A stretch of DNA of 42,600 nt from positions 1 through 42,600 of the forward strand of contig CAYTYC010000011.1 in the NCBI GenBank assembly GCA_964442255.1, written 5' to 3'. The notes under the pieces are model-generated. The model saw nothing but the letters and a program-made list of their open reading frames with translations. It searched no databases and was not told the DNA's origin. This document shows, in pieces, positions 26,977 to 35,653 of the stretch (position 1 is its first letter; each line of letters starts with the position of its first letter). Source of the stretch: an uncultured archaeon (lineage in GTDB: Archaea; Iainarchaeota; Iainarchaeia; Iainarchaeales; 1-14-0-10-31-34). Made by a program: the position numbers and the translations under genes.

Positions 26977-27016
26977 CCGCGAAGCGGGTTTTGATGAAAC
27001 TTTTATCAAAAGTTTC
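26977..27016 (-). repeat. Palindromic dispersed element, copy B
   Basis: Minus strand reads GAAACTTTT-GAT-AAAAGTTTC ATCAAAA C CCGC-TTC-GCGG. Confidence 0.65.
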
Positions 27017-27191
27017 TCCGGTACCTCTCTTAAGGATGAGAACTTTCCTTTTACTTTGGGGTGAACGCGTCATGCGGGCAGTTGTTTGCGTCCTTGTTTG
27101 CCGGAATTTTTTCATTGTTTCTTGAGTAGCCACAAAAGCCTTTTCTTTCCATGTCTCTCCGAAAATGCCGGCACAAAGAGCAGGTCGGCAT

Positions 27192-28910
27192 TCATTTCAC
27201 CTTTGCTTTAAGGGAAAGCCTTTTTTTTCTTGCAAGAATTCCCGCAACAACCAAAACAATTCCCATAACCAAAACAGGGCTTGATTCTGCTGCATTTACT
27301 GTTCTTTGTTGCCCAAGGTAAACCCTTTCTTCCGCGTGGTTGTTTGAAGTGTTTTCCTCCCCTGCAAGAGCTGGAACCATTACTCTAAAGGCGTAGTAAT
27401 CGCGTTCAATGTCCGCAATTGCTGAACTTAAGTCTACGGGGTCAAATGGAATTTGGGTAGTTTGCTGTGCAGGCAACAAGAAACTTGGTTTGGTGCTTGA
27501 ATGTTTTTCCTGGTTGGTTGTTGAATCCATTATTTTCAAGATAATGTCAACTGTTTTGTCTTCATCCGTGTGGTTTGTCACATCCGCGTTTACGTTCACC
27601 GTGCTTTCTGTTCCAACCGTGCCTCCTTGTGAATCCCGTACAACCACGGAATCAACGCTTAAAGCATCCGTGAAAGGGCAGGGCTCCTCGCTTTCGCACA
27701 AAAAATAGACTTCCTGGCTTCCTGGAATTCCTTCGCTCCACACAATGCAGGGCCTGCCCGAACTGTCGCATTGAAGCAATGCGTCCCCCGGCAGTTCTTG
27801 AGTTGAAAATTGTTCTTCTTCTCCCCACTCTCCGCCTGTTTGTGTTTTAAAAAAAACCGTATTTTCATTGTCGCCGTTAGTCCAGGCAGTATAGACCTTG
27901 CCGTTTGGGCAGATGCACATCGCTGTCCTGTCTTTGTCCAGCAGGCTTTCAAGAGCGGATTCATTTATTTGCAGGCCTTGTTCTTCATAGTTTGTCCAGC
28001 TGTTTTCCGTTCCTTCGGATTCTTTTATTATGTGTCCGTCCCCTGAAGCTTTTTGCCTCCAAACAATGTACGGCTTGTCATTTGAATCCAGGCCAAATGA
28101 GAGCAGGAACCCTTTTGTTGAAGCGGGGGCTATGTGCCAGATTTCATTGTCTCCGTCATCCGGTTTTGGTTTCCATTCGCTTCCGTTCCAGTAAACATAA
28201 TGGATGCTCTGCTCTTCTGCAACGCTTCCTTCAGCCCACGCAAGGCGGGGGTAATTTGTTGAATCGTAACCAAGTTTTGGCAGGTAGCTTGTCTTCTCGC
28301 TGCTGGACACCAGTGAGTCTCCTAAAGGAGTCCATTGCCCGCTGGCTGCATCCCAATATTTGTAATAAGTGGATTTGTATGTTTTGGGGCCGATTGTTCC
28401 AATCCATGCAACGCCAATCTTTGTTCCGTCAGCGCTCACGCTGACATCTGGTTCCTTGACTTTTTCGTCGGAAACCACGTTTTTGCACCCTTCTTGTCCG
28501 TCTTCGGGCATCTCCTCCCAACCGGTTTCGCCCCATGTTTTTGCGCAAATTCCTTCGCCTTGGTCGCTGTAAACAACCAACGGCCTTTCCTGCCCCCCTT
28601 CTTCAAAAAAAACAAGGCTTGGCGGATCAACTTCCACGTCATCGTAAATTTCCCCGACAGTGCCTAAGTCCTTCCATTCACTGCCATTCCAATAACCAAA
28701 TCTAACCGCCCAGTCGCCTTCCCCGATTGAATCCAGGTAAGCAACCCCCGGGTTGTTTTCCGAGTCAAATTCAAATGAAGGAAGATTTAATGAACCGGCC
28801 GCAAAGCTGACTGTCTTGTTTTCAAAGCCTTCCTCGATTGTGCACCAATAGCCGGAAACCGTTGAAAAAAGCAGTAAAGCAAGTAAAGCAGTCAGCAGGG
28901 GCTTAAGCAT
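27192..28910 (-). CDS. Secreted beta-propeller-like protein with a CARDB-like domain and C-terminal membrane anchor
   Basis: Signal peptide, repeated DS.N.P.(I/L)(A/V)W and YWNGSEW motifs, EENTSNN, and a TM segment followed by basic RKKR. Confidence 0.78.
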   Translation of the reverse strand: MLKPLLTALLALLLFSTVSGYWCTIEEGFENKTVSFAAGSLNLPSFEFDSENNPGVAYLDSIGEGDWAVRFGYWNGSEWKDLGTVGEIYDDVEVDPPSLVFFEEGGQERPLVVYSDQGEGICAKTWGETGWEEMPEDGQEGCKNVVSDEKVKEPDVSVSADGTKIGVAWIGTIGPKTYKSTYYKYWDAASGQWTPLGDSLVSSSEKTSYLPKLGYDSTNYPRLAWAEGSVAEEQSIHYVYWNGSEWKPKPDDGDNEIWHIAPASTKGFLLSFGLDSNDKPYIVWRQKASGDGHIIKESEGTENSWTNYEEQGLQINESALESLLDKDRTAMCICPNGKVYTAWTNGDNENTVFFKTQTGGEWGEEEQFSTQELPGDALLQCDSSGRPCIVWSEGIPGSQEVYFLCESEEPCPFTDALSVDSVVVRDSQGGTVGTESTVNVNADVTNHTDEDKTVDIILKIMDSTTNQEKHSSTKPSFLLPAQQTTQIPFDPVDLSSAIADIERDYYAFRVMVPALAGEENTSNNHAEERVYLGQQRTVNAAESSPVLVMGIVLVVAGILARKKRLSLKAKVK

Positions 28911-29025
28911 TTTTTTTCACACGTAATCCTATTCTTTTCCCTGAATAAAAACCTTTTCTTTTCCTTTCCGGCTTAACTTATTAAATTCTTTCTTCCTCTT
29001 TTAATCAGCCTTTTTTGGAAACCCT

Positions 29026-29102
29026 GCAAAGCCTTCGGCTTTTGCGGAGCCGCGTGAAGTGTGGCTTCACGTGGAGGCTGGCGAAAAAAAAACGGTTCAG
29101 CC
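29026..29102 (+). promoter_or_regulatory. Three hairpins in the putative 5' leader of the gap operon
   Basis: GCAAAGCC-TTC-GGCTTTTGC, CCGCGTGAAG-TGTGG-CTTCACGTGG and GGCTG..CAGCC, downstream of a TATA-like TTATTAAA at about 28978. Confidence 0.4.
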
Positions 29103-29159
29103 ACATTTTTTTGGAGGAAAAAAAAGGCCGAAAAAAACGGGTTTGGGAGTGAAGAAAAA

Positions 29160-30152
29160 ATGGTGAAAATCGCGATAAACGGATTCGGAAGGATTGGAAG
29201 AATGGTTTACCGCGCCGCGCTAAACCAAACGGATTTGGAAATAGTTGCGGTAAACGACTTGACTGACGCAAAAACTTTGGGGCATTTGCTGAAATATGAT
29301 TCAGTTCACGGAGTTTTAAGGGAAGAGGTGAAGGTGGAAGGAAATTCCCTGAAGGCAGGCGCACAGGAAAGCAGGGTGCTGAAAGAGGCTTCCCCGGAAA
29401 AGCTTCCCTGGAAGGATTTGGGTGTGGAGGTTGTTTTGGAGTCCACAGGGGTTTTCAGGAAAAAAGAGGACGCGGAAAAGCATTTGAAGGCAGGCGCAAA
29501 AAAGGTTGTCCTCTCCGCGCCCGCAAAGAGCCCGGAAATTCCTTTCGTTGTATTGGGGGTGAATGACGAGGCCTTAGAGAAAGAGCCTGAAATTGTTTCA
29601 ATGGCTTCCTGCACAACCAACTGCTTTGCGCCTGTCGCAAAAATTTTGGAGGAAGAATTCAAAATCGTTTCCGGGCTTATGACCACAGTGCATTCCTACA
29701 CAAACGACCAAAGGATTCTGGACCTTCCGCACAAGGATTTGCGGAGGGCGCGTGCAGCCGCCCTTTCAATCATTCCCACGACCACGGGCGCGGCGAAGGC
29801 CGTGGAAAAAGTCATTCCATCCCTGGAAGGAAAACTGAACGGCCTGGCTTTAAGGGTTCCAACCCCGAACGGCTCAATAACTGATTTTGTCTGCGAAACC
29901 GAAAAAAAGCCGGGCGCTGAGGCAGTGAACAACGCGTTAAAGTCCGCCTCTGAAGGAAAGCTTAAGGGAATAATGCAGTACTCCGAGGAACCGCTGGTTT
30001 CAGTGGACATAATCGGAAACCCGCATTCCTGCATTGTGGACGGCTTGAGCACAATGGTTGAAGGCAATCTGGTGAAAACGCTTTCATGGTATGACAATGA
30101 ATGGGCTTATTCACTCAGGCTGACTGAATTAATGAAAAAAGTTTCCGGTTAA
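29160..30152 (+). CDS. gap: Type I (bacterial-type) glyceraldehyde-3-phosphate dehydrogenase
   Basis: INGFGRIGR, ASCTTNC, IIPTTTGAAKAV and WYDNEW. Confidence 0.97.
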   Translation: MVKIAINGFGRIGRMVYRAALNQTDLEIVAVNDLTDAKTLGHLLKYDSVHGVLREEVKVEGNSLKAGAQESRVLKEASPEKLPWKDLGVEVVLESTGVFRKKEDAEKHLKAGAKKVVLSAPAKSPEIPFVVLGVNDEALEKEPEIVSMASCTTNCFAPVAKILEEEFKIVSGLMTTVHSYTNDQRILDLPHKDLRRARAAALSIIPTTTGAAKAVEKVIPSLEGKLNGLALRVPTPNGSITDFVCETEKKPGAEAVNNALKSASEGKLKGIMQYSEEPLVSVDIIGNPHSCIVDGLSTMVEGNLVKTLSWYDNEWAYSLRLTELMKKVSG

Positions 30153-30165
30153 AGAGGAGTGAAAA

Positions 30166-31368
30166 ATGGCTTTGGAACCCCTTCCATTAAACCAGGTCAA
30201 GGGAAAAACCGTTGCCCTCCGCCCTGACATTAATTCCGCGGTCGTGGATGGAAGGCCTTTGGAGTCCCCGCGCATTTCCGCGCACGCGAAAACCCTGGTT
30301 TCCATTTCTTCCGCCGGCGCAAAAACCGTTGTTCTCGCGCACCAGGGAAGAAAGGGGCAGGAGGACTTTGTTTCACTTTCCGGGCATGCTTCCCTTTTGG
30401 AAAGCCTTTCAGGAAAAAAAATTGAATTCATCGCAAAGGAAAAGGAATTGTTTGAAAGAATTCCGTCCCTTAACTGCGGGGAAATTTTGCTTTTCGAGAA
30501 CATGCGTTTTTTTGAATGGGAGGAAAACGAAAAAAGCCCGGAGGAGCACTCCAAAAACCCTTTCATCCAAAGGCTTGCCTCTCTCACGGATTTCTTTGCC
30601 TTGGACGGCTTTTCCGTTGCCCACCGCTCACATGCTTCTGTTGTGGGCTTAATTCCGCTTCTTCCTTCTTTTATGGGCCCGGTTTTTGACTCGGAATTCA
30701 GTTCCCTTTCAGGGCTGTATTCCTCTGAGGGAACCCGCCTTTTAATTCTCGGGGGGGCGAAGCCCAAGGACTCCCTGAAGGTGCTGAAAAACATTCTGGA
30801 AAAGAATTCCGCGGCCAAAGTCCTTTTGGGAGGGCTTTTCGCCGAGCTTTTCCTTAAGGCGCAGGGCTTTTCATTGGGGGCAAAGGAAAAATTTTTTGAG
30901 GAAAAGGGCTTCAACGAATTTGTGGGGCCGGCAAAAAAGCTTTTGGATTCGTTTGCCTCAAAGCTTGAGCTGCCCGTGGATTTGGCTTTTGAGGCAAACA
31001 ATGAGAGAAGGGAATGCAGGGTGGAAGACCTTCCCGGGAATTACATGGTAAAGGACATAGGCTCTTTAACCGCCTCAAAGTTTGAGAAATTTGTTTCACA
31101 GGCTGACTTCATTTTCTGGAACGGCCCTTTGGGCGTGTTTGAGGAAAAAAACTTTTCTTTTGGAACCAAAACCGTTGCCGAAGCCGTTTCCTCCTCCAAG
31201 GCGTTTTCCCTCATAGGCGGAGGCGATACGGCAACTTCCCTGGAAAAGCTCGGCTTTGCTTTTTCAGATTTTTCTTATGTAAGCCTTTCCGGGAAGGCCG
31301 CATTGAAGTTCATTGCGGGGGAAACCCTTCCCGCACTTGAAGCCCTCAGGGAGGCAAAAAATGCATAA
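30166..31368 (+). CDS. pgk: Phosphoglycerate kinase (archaeal type)
   Basis: RPDINS, AHQGR, ENMRF, AHRSHASVVG, GGAK, DIG, NGPLGVFE and GGGDT. Confidence 0.93.
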   Translation: MALEPLPLNQVKGKTVALRPDINSAVVDGRPLESPRISAHAKTLVSISSAGAKTVVLAHQGRKGQEDFVSLSGHASLLESLSGKKIEFIAKEKELFERIPSLNCGEILLFENMRFFEWEENEKSPEEHSKNPFIQRLASLTDFFALDGFSVAHRSHASVVGLIPLLPSFMGPVFDSEFSSLSGLYSSEGTRLLILGGAKPKDSLKVLKNILEKNSAAKVLLGGLFAELFLKAQGFSLGAKEKFFEEKGFNEFVGPAKKLLDSFASKLELPVDLAFEANNERRECRVEDLPGNYMVKDIGSLTASKFEKFVSQADFIFWNGPLGVFEEKNFSFGTKTVAEAVSSSKAFSLIGGGDTATSLEKLGFAFSDFSYVSLSGKAALKFIAGETLPALEALREAKNA

Positions 31369-32368
31369 GCCCCGGATGTTCAGGCTTGCGCGGAAGGATT
31401 TGCCTTCTTACCTCGGCTGGCTCGCAAAAAGGCATGAATTGTTTGTTCCCACAGAGAAACTGAACGGCGGCAGCAGCTTCGAGCCGTTCACCGGCCAGGA
31501 ACCCGGGCTTGACTCGCTTACCAGTTACCCGATTAAAAAGTTTTTTTTGCCCCCAAGGGAACAACTTCTCCAGTTCAGGCGGCAGAGAAAAAATTTTTCA
31601 TCCAAAAGCCTTTCCGAAGCAAAATCAACGGTTTTGTTTGGCGTCAAAAGCTGTGACTTAAGGGATATGCTGAAGCTGGACAACGTTTTCCTTGAACAGA
31701 AACCGGTTGACCCGTATTACGGGGAAAAAAGGGAAAAAACTTTTTTGATTGGCTTGGACTGCCTGGAGGCGGATGAACACTGCTTTTGCACTTCTGTCGG
31801 CGCCCACATTCCCACAGGTTTTGATTTGATGTTCTGGAGGAAGGGAAAGGATTTTTTCATTGAGCTCGGTTCGGAGAAAGGAAAAAGGCTTATCTCCCCG
31901 CACATGAAGAAAACGGCTTACACTAAATTCCACCCGAAACAGGAATGCAAAGTGAAACTGAAGTTGGCGGACCTCACAAACAATTTGCGCTCCAGCTTTG
32001 ACCACCCTTACTGGAAGGAACTGGAGGAAAAGTGCCTTGGCTGCGGAACCTGCACGCAGGTCTGCGGCTGCTGCTACTGTTTTTTCATGGAAGAGCACTC
32101 CCTCCCCAACTCCAAAACCTCGGTCCGGAGACGGGAATGGGATTCCTGCATGCTTGCGCAGTTTTCGGAGGTTGCCGGCAACCACGTGTTCCGTGAATCC
32201 AGGGCTTCGCGCCTGAGGCAGAGGATTTTCCACAAATTTGTGTGGTTTGAGTCAACTTACGGTGAAATTGGCTGCACGGGGTGCGGGAGATGCAGCAGGG
32301 AATGCACTGCCCGCATTTTTATTGAGGACATCCTCAAAAAACTTGGGGAAAAAGGGGGAAAAAAATGA
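31361..32368 (+). CDS. hydB: Group 3b hydrogenase/sulfhydrogenase beta subunit (4Fe-4S dicluster)
   Basis: CFCTSVG, CLGCGTCTQVCGCCYCF, WDSC and GCTGCGRCSREC. The ATG at 31361 overlaps the end of pgk. Confidence 0.9.
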   Translation: MHKPRMFRLARKDLPSYLGWLAKRHELFVPTEKLNGGSSFEPFTGQEPGLDSLTSYPIKKFFLPPREQLLQFRRQRKNFSSKSLSEAKSTVLFGVKSCDLRDMLKLDNVFLEQKPVDPYYGEKREKTFLIGLDCLEADEHCFCTSVGAHIPTGFDLMFWRKGKDFFIELGSEKGKRLISPHMKKTAYTKFHPKQECKVKLKLADLTNNLRSSFDHPYWKELEEKCLGCGTCTQVCGCCYCFFMEEHSLPNSKTSVRRREWDSCMLAQFSEVAGNHVFRESRASRLRQRIFHKFVWFESTYGEIGCTGCGRCSRECTARIFIEDILKKLGEKGGKK

Positions 32369-33189
32369 ACCCGTATGCGCCTGAAAAAGCCAAAATATTG
32401 AAGGTGAAGGAGGAAAACCCTTCCATTAAAACCTTCACCGTGCGTTTTGATTCAGGGAAAAAACAGGAAAATTTTTCCTTTCTTTCCGGCCAGTTCGTTG
32501 AAGTTTCAGTTCCCGGGGCAGGGGAGTTTCCCTGCTCAATTTCTTCTTCTCCTTTCAGGAAAAAATCCTTTGACTTGACTGTTTCACTGCAGGGAAGGGT
32601 GAGCGAAAAAATGCATTCCCTGAAGAAAAATTCGTTCATCGGGGTCCGCGGCCCGTATGGAAACTCTTTTCCCGCCCAAAAACTGAAGGGAAAGCATTTG
32701 AACATTGTTGCCGGCGGACTGGGGCTTGCGCCTTTGCGCTCAGTAATCCAGTATGCGTTGGACGAGAAAAGGGAGTTTTCTTCTTTGAACATTTTCTTCG
32801 GCGCCCGCTCACCAAGGGAACTGATTTTCAGGAATGATTTAAGGCACTGGAAAAGTTTGAAGGACGTGAATGTTGTGGTTACGATAGACAAAAAGGACCC
32901 CGACTGGAAGGGCTGCACCGGGCTGGTGGCAGACGTTTTAACCCCTAAAACCCTTCCAAAACAGAATTCCCTTACCTTGATTTGCGGTCCCCCGCGCATG
33001 ATTGACTGCACAGCCAGGCAGCTCCTCTCCTACGGTTTTTCCGACAGGGAAATGTTTGTTTCCCTTGAAAGGTTAATGCATTGCGGGATTGGAAAATGCA
33101 ACCACTGCGCGGTCGGCGAGCACCGGGTTTGCGTGGAAGGGCCCGTGTTTTCGTTCCATGAAATGAAGAGGTTTCCGCATGAAGAATAA
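32365..33189 (+). CDS. hydG: Group 3b hydrogenase gamma subunit (FAD/NAD(P)-binding, 2Fe-2S)
   Basis: RGPYGNSF, AGGLGLAPLRS, CGPPRM and MHCGIGKCNHC..CVEGPVF. Confidence 0.92.
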   Translation: MNPYAPEKAKILKVKEENPSIKTFTVRFDSGKKQENFSFLSGQFVEVSVPGAGEFPCSISSSPFRKKSFDLTVSLQGRVSEKMHSLKKNSFIGVRGPYGNSFPAQKLKGKHLNIVAGGLGLAPLRSVIQYALDEKREFSSLNIFFGARSPRELIFRNDLRHWKSLKDVNVVVTIDKKDPDWKGCTGLVADVLTPKTLPKQNSLTLICGPPRMIDCTARQLLSYGFSDREMFVSLERLMHCGIGKCNHCAVGEHRVCVEGPVFSFHEMKRFPHEE

Positions 33190-34060
33190 ACTTTTTAAAA
33201 AAAAGTTTAATCAAAAGAACCTTTTTGAGAAAAAGGTTCATCAAAAAGCAGGCGGGAAAGTGCCTTACGGCAATAATAAAAAAAAGAAACTGCGTGCAGG
33301 CTTTTTTTCCTTCACCGGCTGCGAGGGATGCCAGCTCACTGTTCTTGAGGCTTTGCAGGAGCACCCTGAACTGTTAAAGCTTTTCAGTGTTGAATACAAC
33401 AAACTTTTAAAGGACTGCAAACTAAAAGGAACTTATGGCGTGGCTTTTGTGGAGGGCAGCATCTCCAACAAGGAAACATTAAAGAAAGCGCAGGAAGTGA
33501 GGAAAAAATCCCGTTACCTTGTTGCATTGGGCTCCTGCGCAACCAATACCTGCGTGAACGGCTTCCGAATGCGGGTTCCGGCTGAAGTGAGGAAACAGAT
33601 TGAAAGGGAGAGGGGCGGAAAAAAAGATTTCGGGGTTTTTCCACTGAAAAAATTTGTTGAGGTTGACTTTGAGTTAAGGGCCTGCCCGCCGATAAAGGAA
33701 GAGCTCATTGAATTCATTTCAGATTTTTATTCAGGGATTAAGCCAATTGAACGCGACTTTCCTGTGTGCAAGGAATGCAAGGAAAACGAGAATGACTGCG
33801 TTTTCCTGCGCGGAATTCCCTGCCTTGGCCCAATCACCCGCGGAGGATGCAATTCCGTGTGCGTGAATGAGGGCGCCCAGTGTTTTGGCTGCAGGGGATT
33901 AAGCAGGGAAGCCAATCTTCCCCGTTTCAGGGAACTCTTAAAGGAAATCGGGCTCTCTAAAACGGAAGTAAATGAGCTCTTGAATGAGTTCAGCGCTGAA
34001 ATGGGGCTGAAAAAAGGTGAGCGGAACAGGGTTAGGCAGGGCGGAGGAAAAGGGGGCTGA
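33179..34060 (+). CDS. hydD: Group 3b [NiFe] hydrogenase small (delta) subunit
   Basis: CEGC, VEGS, GSCA, CPP and CKEC..CLGPITRGGC..CFGCRG. Confidence 0.92.
   Translation: MKNKLFKKKFNQKNLFEKKVHQKAGGKVPYGNNKKKKLRAGFFSFTGCEGCQLTVLEALQEHPELLKLFSVEYNKLLKDCKLKGTYGVAFVEGSISNKETLKKAQEVRKKSRYLVALGSCATNTCVNGFRMRVPAEVRKQIERERGGKKDFGVFPLKKFVEVDFELRACPPIKEELIEFISDFYSGIKPIERDFPVCKECKENENDCVFLRGIPCLGPITRGGCNSVCVNEGAQCFGCRGLSREANLPRFRELLKEIGLSKTEVNELLNEFSAEMGLKKGERNRVRQGGGKGG
33188..33272 (+). repeat. Palindromic dispersed element, copy C (double palindrome, inside the hydD 5' end)
   Basis: AAACTTTTT-AAA-AAAAAGTTT AATCAAAA, then GAACCTTTTT-GAG-AAAAAGGTTC ATCAAAAA, then TGCC-TTAC-GGCA. Confidence 0.7.
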
Positions 34061-34109
34061 AAAAATGAGCGAAACATGGTTGAGGCAGAGGAAAAAGGGC
34101 TGAAAAAAA
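34003..34109 (+). repeat. Degenerate tandem duplication at the hydD/hydA junction
   Basis: GGGCTGAAAAAA at 34004, 34054 and 34097. The two intervening segments are related (TGAGCG.AACA.GGTT(G)AGGCAG..GAGGAAAA). Confidence 0.7.
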
Positions 34110-35390
34110 ATGCATAACCTTGATTTAAGCATCACCGGTTTAAGCAAGGTGGAAGGGCACGCTTCCCTCACCGTAAAGGTGCGGAACGGAAAGGTTTTGA
34201 AAAGCAGGCTGGAGATAGAGGAGAACAGGAGGTTTTTTGAGCAAATGTCCGTGGGAAAGGACTTTAAAACCTTGCCTGACTTCATGTCCCGAATCTGCGG
34301 AACCTGTTCTCCCGCGCATTTTCTCACAACACTTGAGGCTGTTGAGGACGCATTCAATGTGAAAATCTCGCGCCAAACTTTGGTTTTAAGGCACCTGATT
34401 GAATTCGGAATGTACATCCGCGACCATTCCCTTCACTTGCTTATTTTTTCGCTTCCCGATTACCTTGGCAAAAAATCTATTTTGGATTTTAAGGGTCGGG
34501 AGCACGAGTACCTGCATTTGGCGATGCGCCTCCAGAAGCTTGGCTCCAACTTAAGCAGGCTTGTTGCAGGCCGCGCACTCCACCCAATAAGCGCAAGGAT
34601 TGGAGGGTTCAGGAACTTTCCTTCGGAACAGGAAATTGATGCTGTTCTCAAGGAGCTTTTGAACGGAAGAAAAGACGCCTTGAAACTGATTGACTTGTTT
34701 AGTTCCTTCCATTACGTTTGCCACCAGCCCACCGTTTACTCCGCTTTGGTGAACAAGGATTACACTTTTCTTGAGGGAAAGATTTGCGCGTCCACAGGCC
34801 TGTGCATTAATGAGCGCGATTACCTGAAGCATTTGAAGGAAAAGGTCGTGCCTTACTCGAACGCAAAGCAGTCCGAACTGCAGGGAAAAGAGTTTTTGGT
34901 TGGCGCGCTTTCCAGAATGAACTTGAACCAGAAATCCCTCCACAAGGGCACAGGAAGGGTGATAAAGGAAAAGAAAATCAAATTGGTGTGCTTTTCCCCT
35001 TTTTCCAACAACTTGGCGCAGGCAATTGAAGTCTTGCATTGCCTGGATTGCGCCGTTGAATTGCTTCGCTCCCTGAAAATCCGGCAGGAAAAAATCCCGG
35101 AATTTAGGCCCCGCGCAAAGGAAGGAATAGGCGTAACCGAGGCCCCGCGCGGAACCCTCTATCACGCCTACAAATTCAATGCTTTGGGAAAGGTTTCCGG
35201 CGCAAACATTGTTGTTCCCACCGCACAGAACGCGAAAAACATTGAGAAGGACGTGAAGCTTTACCTCTCTTATTTAACCGGATTAAAGAAGAACAAAACT
35301 GAAATCCGCACCGAATTGGAGAAGTTGATCCGCGCCTATGACCCCTGTTTTTCCTGCTCAACGCACTTTTTGAAGATGAAGTGGGTTTAA
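34110..35390 (+). CDS. hydA: Group 3b [NiFe] hydrogenase large (alpha) subunit
   Basis: KVEGH, L1 motif RICGTC, EAPRGTLYH, VPTAQN, L2 motif DPCFSCSTH and a short C-terminal extension. Confidence 0.95.
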   Translation: MHNLDLSITGLSKVEGHASLTVKVRNGKVLKSRLEIEENRRFFEQMSVGKDFKTLPDFMSRICGTCSPAHFLTTLEAVEDAFNVKISRQTLVLRHLIEFGMYIRDHSLHLLIFSLPDYLGKKSILDFKGREHEYLHLAMRLQKLGSNLSRLVAGRALHPISARIGGFRNFPSEQEIDAVLKELLNGRKDALKLIDLFSSFHYVCHQPTVYSALVNKDYTFLEGKICASTGLCINERDYLKHLKEKVVPYSNAKQSELQGKEFLVGALSRMNLNQKSLHKGTGRVIKEKKIKLVCFSPFSNNLAQAIEVLHCLDCAVELLRSLKIRQEKIPEFRPRAKEGIGVTEAPRGTLYHAYKFNALGKVSGANIVVPTAQNAKNIEKDVKLYLSYLTGLKKNKTEIRTELEKLIRAYDPCFSCSTHFLKMKWV

Positions 35391-35452
35391 TTGATTCCTT
35401 TTGCTTGGCGGGCTTTCGATATATTTAAATTAGATTTATCCAATTTAGATTA

Positions 35453-35653
35453 TTGGGTAATAAACTGGTTTTAGGTGAATGGAAAAAAATCAAAAAGTAT
35501 GCCGGCCAGTGGGTTGCGGTTTGCAGAAATAAAGTTATTGCCCACGGGAAAGACGGCAAAACGGTTTACAGGGAAGCACTCCGTGCCTGCAGTGCTCCTC
35601 GGATTTTCCAAGTGCCTGATGAATCAGACGAAGTGTACCTTTTATGGTTTTAG
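35453..35653 (+). CDS. DUF5678-like small protein
   Basis: KYAGQWVAV....VIAHGKD...VYREA pattern. TTG start about 25 nt after a TTTAAAT box. Confidence 0.72.
   Translation: MGNKLVLGEWKKIKKYAGQWVAVCRNKVIAHGKDGKTVYREALRACSAPRIFQVPDESDEVYLLWF

Noticed and set aside
30129..31001. 290-aa minus-strand ORF and similar long antisense ORFs (e.g. 40618-41457)
   Set aside because: They lie antisense to pgk and leuS, which have clear motifs.
35479..35500. Frameshift in the A7 run giving an ATG start for the DUF5678-like gene
   Set aside because: An in-frame TTG at 35453 at the right distance from the TATA box explains the ORF without a frameshift. This cannot be decided without reads.
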